DNA of 64,000 nt from Gemmatimonadaceae bacterium. Lineage in GTDB: Bacteria > Gemmatimonadota > Gemmatimonadetes > Gemmatimonadales > Gemmatimonadaceae. The stretch is taken from positions 1,619 through 65,618 of the forward strand of contig DASXPH010000047.1 in the NCBI GenBank assembly GCA_036493735.1, read 5' to 3'. Shown here in pieces: positions 55,534-63,154 of the stretch. Each line of letters opens with the position of its first letter. The stretch's first letter is position 1. The notes below the pieces were generated by a model. It saw only the letters and a list, made by a program, of their open reading frames with translations. It made no database searches and had not been told where the DNA came from. The translations under genes and the position numbers were made by a program.

Positions 55534-55644
55534 GATGGGCGATGGGCGACGGTGGGATTAGGAACGAAACTCTGATGAGGTAGCGAGCACTCTAGTTCAG
55601 CCACCCATGATCAAGGCTTCATTCCGAATTCCCCATCGCCCATC
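55534..55644. repeat. Heptad-type inverted repeat with a long loop
   Basis: GATGGGCGATGGG (55534-55546) pairs with CCCATCGCCCATC (55632-55644). Both arms are tandem GATGGGC/GCCCATC 7-mers. Confidence 0.5.
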
Positions 55645-55697
55645 GCCCACCGATCGCACTTGACGTTCACCGCTAGCCGGGCGACGATTGCCCGACT

Positions 55698-56969
55698 ATG
55701 ACCCTGGAACGTCGCGAGCTTCTCAAGACACTGAGCGGAATGGCCGCATGCGTAGCGCTCGGGAAATTCGACGCCACGGCTGTTCTCGACGTGGCGCAGC
55801 GATCGAACCCCGGCCTTCCCAGAAAGCAGGACTTCGACCTCGCGGACGGTTTTGCGTATCTCAACGCGGCCTACACCCATCCCATCCCTCGGCCGGCGGC
55901 CGAGGCGGCGCGCGCGTATCTGACACAGCGCAACAAGCTCGCGATGCCGCGTCCGGGATCGGGTGGCGGCGTCGGCGAGGGCTTCAATGCAAAGGCACTC
56001 TTCGCTGAGCTGATCAACGCCAGACCGTCGGAGATCGCGTACGTCCCCAACACCAGCACTGGCGAGAACCTCGTCGTCAGCGCGCTCGGACTCGATCGCC
56101 CCACGGATTCCAACGTCGTCACCGACTGGCTCCACTTCGATGGCGCTCTCGTTCATTTGCTCGAGCTGAAGCGCGGCGGTCTGGACGTGCGCATCGTTAG
56201 CCCGACGGCCGACTATCACATCGACATCAACGACCTCGCGCGCGTGATCGACCGCAAGACGAAGCTCGTCGAGTTATCGTCCACGACGATGTACAATGGC
56301 TTTCAGCACGACCTCAAAGCCGTCTGTGAGCTCGCGCATTCGCATGGCGCCTATGTGTACGCGGACATCATTCACACCGCTGGTGCAGAACCCTTCGACG
56401 TGAAAGCCAGCGGTGTCGACTTCGCCGCGTGCTCGAGCTTCAAGTGGCTCATGGGTGACTATGGCCTTGGCTTTCTCTACGCGCGTGACGATCTGATTGA
56501 CAAGATTCGCCGTCCGCTCATCGGCTACTATCAGGCGGCGAGCATGAGCGGACACGAGCCGCCGTTCGACAATGTCGGCGCGTCGGCGCCTGTGTCCTGG
56601 ACGCTGTCGCGCGACGCGACAGGTCACTTCGAGGCAGGCTCCATCGCCGGTGCACTCGGCGCGGGCCTCGCTGCCTCGCTCGCCTATGTGAAAGAGCTAG
56701 GACTCGCTGATATACAAAATTATCGCAGGCCACTCATTCAGAAGCTCCGCGCTGAAGTACCGCGACTCGGCTTCACCTGCGTCACGCCAACGGAATCCAC
56801 CGCGAGCATCATCACCTTTGCGCGCAAGGGACTCGCCGCGAGCGAGATTCCGGCGAAGCTCGCGAGGGCCCGAGTCAACGTTCGACTCGGCGACAGCTGG
56901 ATGCGCGTCTCGCCCTCGATCTACAACGACATGACCGACGTCGATCGACTCCTGGAAGCGCTGACGTGA
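55698..56969 (+). CDS. Class-V aminotransferase / cysteine-desulfurase-like PLP enzyme with a Tat signal
   Basis: 423 aa with MTLERRELLKTLSGMAACVALG and ACSSFKWLMG (PLP lysine context). Confidence 0.8.
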   Translation: MTLERRELLKTLSGMAACVALGKFDATAVLDVAQRSNPGLPRKQDFDLADGFAYLNAAYTHPIPRPAAEAARAYLTQRNKLAMPRPGSGGGVGEGFNAKALFAELINARPSEIAYVPNTSTGENLVVSALGLDRPTDSNVVTDWLHFDGALVHLLELKRGGLDVRIVSPTADYHIDINDLARVIDRKTKLVELSSTTMYNGFQHDLKAVCELAHSHGAYVYADIIHTAGAEPFDVKASGVDFAACSSFKWLMGDYGLGFLYARDDLIDKIRRPLIGYYQAASMSGHEPPFDNVGASAPVSWTLSRDATGHFEAGSIAGALGAGLAASLAYVKELGLADIQNYRRPLIQKLRAEVPRLGFTCVTPTESTASIITFARKGLAASEIPAKLARARVNVRLGDSWMRVSPSIYNDMTDVDRLLEALT

Positions 56970-57001
56970 TCCGTTGGGCCGCGGGCGCATTGCTCGTCGC
57001 G

Positions 57002-59128
57002 CTAGCGATCCAGCGGACTGGAACGCAGCTGAAAGTGGAGGACCTTGCTCGTCGTTCCCTTGCCGGTCTCCATGTGGAACGGAGCGCGCGTACTCACCGT
57101 CGCCCAGAGACCGCGTCCCTTCCATCCGGCATTCACGTCATCGATCCTGCCGTCCATCCACTTCGTGTAGAAGCCAGTGGGGTAGGGCACGCGCAGGACC
57201 ACCCATTTGCCATCTTTCAACGCAAGCAAGCCCTCGGACGCGTTACCGGTGTTGATTGGCGTGTTCTTCCCGAGTCCCAGCGCGTTCTGCTGGTCGACCC
57301 AGGTGTAGTAGCTCGCCTCGGCGCTGCCTGACGAGGTGACGTTCTTCAGCTGCGGCAGCGGCTCCGGATAGAGCGTCCAGCCTTCCGGGCATTGCTGGCC
57401 AGTCGCTTTGGGTCCGTTGAGCGGACCCTTGCACTTGCGTCGATCGAAGCTCGCCATGTGCCCGCTCGCCAGCGCCACCCATGCGACGCCATTGCGGTCG
57501 ATGTCCATGCCGCGCGGCGAGTAGCCGCGCTTCGACGGATCGGGGCTGTTGTACGGCGGTTCGTAATATTCTACTAAACTCGTCTCGGGCGGATGATTGC
57601 CCGGCACGAGACGCAGAATGCCGCCGGGGAATCCAAGCGCCGAACCCCAGATCGATCCGTCCGGCGCCGGCGCCACCGCGTAGAAGCCCGCATTGATCCG
57701 ATGATCCTTGGTGGGATCGATTGGCTGGTTAGGCTCGGTGTAGTCGCCGCGCTTGCCATCGCCATTCGTATCGAGGATCAACGCCGTCCACCCCTGTGCC
57801 CTTTCTTCGTCGCCAGTCTCGTCGAAGAGCTTCGTGTCGAACCAGCCGACTACTGGGCCGCCTCCACTCGTCCACAGCGTGCGATGCGAATCCTCGGCGA
57901 ACATCAGGTGATGCGTGCCGAAGCAGGTGCTGATGTGCGTGAGCTTCTTCGTCTTCGGATCGTACATCGCGAGCTGTCGGCCGGAGCGATTGAGCGGAAA
58001 GAGTCGCGCCGATGGATGCCCAGATCCCTCCTTGCAGAACGCCGGGTCATCTGGCGGTCGCACCGTCGAGGTGATCCACACGCGACCCTTCTCGTCCATC
58101 ATCGGATTGTGGACGTTGTTCTTACTCGTCCAGACCGTCTCGCTGCCCCAGTAGACCGACGGCGCGCCATTGTTGGTCCCTGCCGCGGGTTGAGTAGCGG
58201 GATCGCGAACGGTGAGCGGCACACGCGAGATCGAGTTGTGAACGGGATCGAGGACCGGGAGATAGTCGGAGCTGAGCTCCGTTGCACCGTAGACCAAACC
58301 GTTCGCGTTGAGCGTCGGATTGCGCCGGTCGGTGGACACGAGGTCGTGCAGGTACGTCTTGGCATCGGCCCAGTCCCACTCGGTGATCACGACGTTCCGT
58401 TCGATGCCCTGTGGGCGATGAGGCGCGGTCGCTGGCACTTCGCCGGCGGCAATGCGATCGGTCCAATCTGCAAAAAGCTGCAGCGCGCGCGTGTGACCGA
58501 GGTTGTCGATCGTGTTGAGCATCTGCGTACCAGCCTGGCCAGATTGCACGCGGCGCTCCCACGCGGCGACACCAGAGCCGAGCTTTCGGTATTCCTCCGG
58601 AACGTCGCGCGTGCCGCGCGTGCCGAGCTGGTGACAGGCCGTACAGCCGCCGGATTTGATAGTGCGAATCCAATCTTCCTGCGAGTTCATGTTTGGTGAA
58701 ATGCCATTCCCGCTCAGCCCCGTGCCAGGGAATTCGTTCTTCTCGGGCACGCGGAGCATCGACAACCAGTAGCCCGCTGGATAAATCGCTGCCGCGGCAC
58801 GCGCGTCAGACGCCGGCGTGGCTTTCAGGTCGAGCGTCTTGCCGACTGTCGATCGAGATTTTGGCGAATCGACAAGACCGTAGCCGCGCACCCACACGTC
58901 GTAGGTCGCGGTCGGCAAGTCGGGGATGAGATAGCGCCCCCGGTCGTCGGTAACGACGATGCGCACGAATCTCGTCGGGAGGTCGCTGGTTTCGGCGATC
59001 ACCCAGACACCCGCCTCGGGACCGCTTCGGCCGGTGACGGTGCCAGTTATGTCGTTAGGACCGACCAGTCCCGCTTCCGAAGTAAGGATGAGAGTAGCGG
59101 TTACAGCGAGTAAGTGCAGCGTACGCAT
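57002..59128 (-). CDS. Secreted carboxypeptidase-regulatory-like domain protein carrying one CXXCH haem-c motif
   Basis: 708 aa with a signal peptide. It has TGTVTGRSGPEAGVWV..DDRGRYLIPDLPTATYDVWV and GGCTACHQLG. Confidence 0.7.
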   Translation of the reverse strand: MRTLHLLAVTATLILTSEAGLVGPNDITGTVTGRSGPEAGVWVIAETSDLPTRFVRIVVTDDRGRYLIPDLPTATYDVWVRGYGLVDSPKSRSTVGKTLDLKATPASDARAAAAIYPAGYWLSMLRVPEKNEFPGTGLSGNGISPNMNSQEDWIRTIKSGGCTACHQLGTRGTRDVPEEYRKLGSGVAAWERRVQSGQAGTQMLNTIDNLGHTRALQLFADWTDRIAAGEVPATAPHRPQGIERNVVITEWDWADAKTYLHDLVSTDRRNPTLNANGLVYGATELSSDYLPVLDPVHNSISRVPLTVRDPATQPAAGTNNGAPSVYWGSETVWTSKNNVHNPMMDEKGRVWITSTVRPPDDPAFCKEGSGHPSARLFPLNRSGRQLAMYDPKTKKLTHISTCFGTHHLMFAEDSHRTLWTSGGGPVVGWFDTKLFDETGDEERAQGWTALILDTNGDGKRGDYTEPNQPIDPTKDHRINAGFYAVAPAPDGSIWGSALGFPGGILRLVPGNHPPETSLVEYYEPPYNSPDPSKRGYSPRGMDIDRNGVAWVALASGHMASFDRRKCKGPLNGPKATGQQCPEGWTLYPEPLPQLKNVTSSGSAEASYYTWVDQQNALGLGKNTPINTGNASEGLLALKDGKWVVLRVPYPTGFYTKWMDGRIDDVNAGWKGRGLWATVSTRAPFHMETGKGTTSKVLHFQLRSSPLDR

Positions 59129-59168
59129 CGCGGCCTCCTCGTTCGCCCTTCGATCACTTCAGAATCGA

Positions 59169-59591
59169 TCAAACTTTTTCCAGACGGCCTGGTCTCAGCA
59201 TGATCATGATGACCACGGCGATAGCGGCAATGCCGATTCCAGATTGTGCCCCAACGACGCCGTACAGGAAGACAGAGAGCAACCCTGCTCCTTCGGCGAT
59301 TGCCCACATCACGAGTGCTGGCGAGGACGCCTTGAGCCAGAACGAGTCCGGCGACTCGGTGGCCGATCGCCTCGGGACGCGCGAGCGGAGCAGGAGCGAC
59401 ACAAGGGCGGCACCGAGCGCCACCCCAGGAAGCAGCCGTTGTATATCAGGTGAGATGTCCGTCGCGCCCGTCATCGACGGTCTCATCACGAAGTGTGCGA
59501 CGAGAGCGAACAGTACGACGCCGGTGATCATCGCGGCATGCACGAGACGAATCGTCTTTGCCGTCGGGGCGGCTGCGCGTGGCGCTGTCAT
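59169..59591 (-). CDS. Hypothetical membrane protein
   Basis: ATG at 59591, with four hydrophobic helices. Confidence 0.5.
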   Translation of the reverse strand: MTAPRAAAPTAKTIRLVHAAMITGVVLFALVAHFVMRPSMTGATDISPDIQRLLPGVALGAALVSLLLRSRVPRRSATESPDSFWLKASSPALVMWAIAEGAGLLSVFLYGVVGAQSGIGIAAIAVVIMIMLRPGRLEKV

Positions 59592-59605
59592 TGGTGATAA
59601 GATGC

Positions 59606-60184
59606 TCAACGCCGCTCGACGGGGATTGCCAACCGCGTGCTCTCCCACTCTACGTTCATCGTCGCGGCTCTGTTGGATGTGCGACGGAGCGTGATCGTCA
59701 ACGTCTCGACCGGCTTGTCCACTCGCGCCGCGGGCACGACGCCGGAGCCCACGTCCTTGGTACGCACTGTGTCATCGATCGGAGTCCCCCACCGCTGCGC
59801 CTCGCCATTGACGACGACCCGCCACTCCTTTGCCTCTGGTATGACATACAGCGAATACCACCCCGCCGCGACATTGGTGCCCGCGATTCGCGCCGCGAAT
59901 GGAAGGTAGATCGTCGTCGCTTCATTGGCGCCGAGACGCCAGGGCGTGCCGTACGGCACCAGCTGCCCCATGATCGGTCGGCCGTGCCGACTGGGACGGC
60001 TATAGCACACTTTGATCGTTCCACCGTCGAGCGCAACGGTTGCCGAGTCCAGGGGGCTCGGCCGCGTCTTCGCCTCGCTCGCGCTGCCGCGTATCCAGCA
60101 CCCGTTCGAGTCGCCAACCTGCGCCACCAATCGCGGCGCGGCGACACACGTGACCAGCAGGGCCGTCCAGAGATGACTAATCAT
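59606..60184 (-). CDS. DUF2911-domain protein
   Basis: 192 aa. YSRPSRHGRPIMGQLVPYGTPWRLGANEATTIYL..GWYSLYVIP matches the DUF2911 pattern. Its ATG overlaps the hydrolase stop (ATGA at 60181-60184). Confidence 0.75.
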   Translation of the reverse strand: MISHLWTALLVTCVAAPRLVAQVGDSNGCWIRGSASEAKTRPSPLDSATVALDGGTIKVCYSRPSRHGRPIMGQLVPYGTPWRLGANEATTIYLPFAARIAGTNVAAGWYSLYVIPEAKEWRVVVNGEAQRWGTPIDDTVRTKDVGSGVVPAARVDKPVETLTITLRRTSNRAATMNVEWESTRLAIPVERR

Positions 60185-61896
60185 TGGCCCACCTTGGTGA
60201 AACGAAGATGCCTAACGCGGCCCGCCTCGATGAGATATCCGGTGATGCGGCCCTTCGCGTCACGCTGGACGTCGACGACGGTACCGCCACCACCGCCACG
60301 CGTGAAACCATCCTTGTACGTCGGCTCGAGCACGCCAAGGCGGCGATCGTTCGCGTAAACGACGAGTTGACCCTTCTCCACCTTCCACACTTGCGTCGTC
60401 TCCACCTCGTCGCTCCGATAGCTCCCCGCATATTCGGCGAGCTGCGTCGGCGTGAGCGCGACGGTATCGGCACGCGTGAACGTCACCTCATCCCCCGTAG
60501 TGTGAACGATCATGCGTATTGGAGCGGCAGAAGGACCTTCGAAGCGCAGCTCGGTCCCGGATCCCTCTCGGAAGCGGCCGTCGCCGAGCGGGATGATGCG
60601 CGTGCGCTGGCCACCGGCGGCGAAGAGCGTGTCGCCGACGAGTAGCAGCCGTCGGACCTCCCCACGCTCGACGTTGCGCCACACGCCCACGAGGGGGCGA
60701 AGGGCTGTGGCGGGTACGTCGAAGCGCGGCGCGCCTTCGAGGGCGACGGTCCACATCGTCGCGCTGTCGGGTTGCATGCGGTCGGCGAGGTAGATACCTG
60801 CGACTTTACGAGCGAGGGAGTCCGGGCCCGATGTCGTCAGATTGCAGAACGTCGCGACGGCGAAGCGCTGATCAGGAAACCGCAAAAAGTGTCCGCGATA
60901 GCCCGCCCAGCTCCCGCCGTGCGACACGACGCGCAGACCGCGCAGCGTCCCGACGTTGAGGCCGATCGCGTATGCCTCGTTAGGACCGGATCGAGCCGGC
61001 AAGCCGTCGTTCAGCTTCGTTGGGGTCGTCATGGTCTCGATGATGTCGCGGCCGCCGACCGTCGCCTCGTCGTAATTGTTCAGCCAGCGGCCGAAATCCT
61101 CGACGGAAGTGTGCACCGCCCCCGCGCCCATGATCGCGCCGTCGTACGACGAACGTGCGACACGGAATCCCGCTCCCGCCCCCTGCCGTGGCGCATACCC
61201 CTCGGCGCCGTTCGGGATGATTGTCGTCGCGTCGGCGAGAATGCGCGTGTCGTGCATGCCTAACGGCTGAAAGATGCGCTCGTCGACGAACTGCGCGAGC
61301 GTCTTGCCGGTCAGTCGGTACACGATCTGCGCGGCGAGAATCCAGCCGGAATTCGTGTACAGATATCGCTCACCCGGCGTGTAGTTAGGCTCGGTCGAGT
61401 GGGTGATGACGCGGAGCGCGTCGATCGAGTCGCCGGCGAAGGTGCGGCCTGTCTGCGCCATCATGACGTAGATGTCGCGCAGCCCGCTGGTCTGACTCAG
61501 CGCGCGGCGCAGCGTGATCTTGTCCGCGTACGGCGGCAGCTCGGGGATGTATTTCCGGATCGGATCGTCGAACGAGAGCTTGCCCTCCTTCTGGAGCATG
61601 AGCATCGACATCGCGGTGAACTGCTTGGATATCGAGCCGACGTCGAGCACCGATCGCGGGGACATCGCGACCCCATGCTCGAGGCTCGCCATGCCGTAGC
61701 CGCGGGCATAGAGAATCTTGCCGTCCTGATAGACGCCGAGGGCGCAGCCTGGCGAGTCGGTGCGATCGAAGTGCTGGAAGACGCTGTCGGCGCGGACCGC
61801 GCGCGCGTCGCGGACGCCAATGATCTGCTGGGCGTGAGTGGAGTTAGGCAGAAGCAGGACGACGGCGACGATCTCTAGTGTGCGGCGAAAAGACAT
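60181..61896 (-). CDS. Beta-lactamase-fold serine hydrolase (class C/PBP-like)
   Basis: 571 aa with a signal peptide, an SxxK motif (GSISKQFTA) and a YTNSGW motif. Confidence 0.85.
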   Translation of the reverse strand: MSFRRTLEIVAVVLLLPNSTHAQQIIGVRDARAVRADSVFQHFDRTDSPGCALGVYQDGKILYARGYGMASLEHGVAMSPRSVLDVGSISKQFTAMSMLMLQKEGKLSFDDPIRKYIPELPPYADKITLRRALSQTSGLRDIYVMMAQTGRTFAGDSIDALRVITHSTEPNYTPGERYLYTNSGWILAAQIVYRLTGKTLAQFVDERIFQPLGMHDTRILADATTIIPNGAEGYAPRQGAGAGFRVARSSYDGAIMGAGAVHTSVEDFGRWLNNYDEATVGGRDIIETMTTPTKLNDGLPARSGPNEAYAIGLNVGTLRGLRVVSHGGSWAGYRGHFLRFPDQRFAVATFCNLTTSGPDSLARKVAGIYLADRMQPDSATMWTVALEGAPRFDVPATALRPLVGVWRNVERGEVRRLLLVGDTLFAAGGQRTRIIPLGDGRFREGSGTELRFEGPSAAPIRMIVHTTGDEVTFTRADTVALTPTQLAEYAGSYRSDEVETTQVWKVEKGQLVVYANDRRLGVLEPTYKDGFTRGGGGGTVVDVQRDAKGRITGYLIEAGRVRHLRFTKVGQ

Positions 61897-61977
61897 GGCG
61901 ACGTGGAAGGGAGAGAGACGGGGAGTTGGCTAATGTCCAACGTCCAAGATCATCGTTGACAGTCGTCGACGGCGCTA

Positions 61978-61996
61978 TACTTTGCGATACAAAGTA
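61978..61996. promoter_or_regulatory. 7-bp inverted repeat with a 5-nt spacer in a divergent promoter
   Basis: TACTTTG CGATA CAAAGTA, located 19 nt upstream of the GTG start at 62015. Confidence 0.3.
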
Positions 61997-62014
61997 CAAC
62001 GCCTGGAGGCGACT

Positions 62015-62536
62015 GTGGGGCGCTGGACACGAATTGTTCGTGGGATGATCGGGACGGGATTGACGTTTGCTGTCGGGGTCGGCGGGGTGGCGACCATTCT
62101 GGGCACGATTGCCACGCTGATCGGCGGCGGCTCGTTTCGCGAAGTCTTCAGGATCGCGGGAAGACTGTCCGTCGCCGCGTTCCTGCTCGGCATCGGCTTC
62201 TCCGCCATTCTCGCGATCACGTCGCGGAGTCGTCGACTCGTCAATCTCTCGATCCCCCGCTTCGCGTCGCTCGGCGCCGGCGCGGGACTGATCTACTTCG
62301 GGTTGATATCGATCAACGGAGTCGGCAAGTGGTCGCTCGGGACCGCGATCCTGAACTTCCTTCTGCTCACCGGACTGGGCGCTGGATCCGCCGCGGCGAC
62401 TCTGCTGCTCGCGCGGAGGGGTCGGAAGGAGCTGGAGTCCGAGGAGCGCTCGTCTTTGGGCCCAGGCGATTCAGGGTTCGAGACGCGGGCCTCAGCTGAG
62501 ACGAGCAGTGTATTTCCATTGGACGACCGACGGTAA
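62015..62536 (+). CDS. Hypothetical membrane protein
   Basis: GTG at 62015, 5 nt after GGAGG, in frame with track ORF 61982..62536. It has about five hydrophobic helices. Confidence 0.5.
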   Translation: MGRWTRIVRGMIGTGLTFAVGVGGVATILGTIATLIGGGSFREVFRIAGRLSVAAFLLGIGFSAILAITSRSRRLVNLSIPRFASLGAGAGLIYFGLISINGVGKWSLGTAILNFLLLTGLGAGSAAATLLLARRGRKELESEERSSLGPGDSGFETRASAETSSVFPLDDRR

Positions 62537-62843
62537 TCGGCGTCTCTCTGACCATCGACGGCTCAGCGTTAGGCATGCATCACCTGTTGGGAACGCGGAC
62601 ACGGCGCGGAAACGGCGCGGGTCTGCTCCGGGTGCATTTGCATCTCCGATGCGCAGCGAGCCGGATTCTGTGGCAACAGCACCCCAAGAAATTCCCGGCT
62701 CGTGGCAACAGCGGGTGCACGGCTACACGGAAAAAAGCGGCGCTCTTTCCGTGCAGTTGCGGGCCGTTTCCGCGTTCAAAGCAGTTGATGTTTGGACAAC
62801 GAGGAATTCTGCAGGCCAAGATTGCTTTAACTGCAACGCCCCG

Positions 62844-63059
62844 TTAGGCGACGGCTTCTGGCTCGGGCGCACCGCGACCCCGGAACTCCCACTTCGACCG
62901 CGCCACGGCAAGTGCCGCCGCAAGCACGGCGATCGCGAGCATGTTCCACGCAACAGCGTCTTTGGTCAGGGCCAGGACGAGCGCGAGAAAGCCGCCGATT
63001 GCACCGGCGACGGCTCCGATGAGGGCCAGGGCGGCGCTGATTTTCAGGACACGAAACAT
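62844..63059 (-). CDS. Small hypothetical membrane protein
   Basis: 71 aa with two hydrophobic helices. Its TAA stop lies inside a CGTTAGGC copy. Confidence 0.35.
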   Translation of the reverse strand: MFRVLKISAALALIGAVAGAIGGFLALVLALTKDAVAWNMLAIAVLAAALAVARSKWEFRGRGAPEPEAVA

Positions 63060-63154
63060 GATCCTCGAGGAGACATCGAAACCAGTCGGGCGTACATGTG
63101 GTAGTGACCAGGGCTATCCGCAGCGCGCCTCGATTCTTCACTCCGGGATCATTC

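Noticed and set aside
62675-62720. Duplicated TGGCAACAGC suggesting sigma-54 promoters
   Set aside because: The GG..GC spacing is one nucleotide too long relative to TGGCAC-N5-TTGC, and there is no clear downstream gene on that strand.
265-62849. The CGTTAGGC excess as a by-product of codon or dipeptide preference
   Set aside because: Copies occur in at least two frames on each coding orientation, on antisense strands and in non-coding spacers. They create TTA/CTA codons that a high-GC genome otherwise avoids, so a DNA-level cause is more likely.
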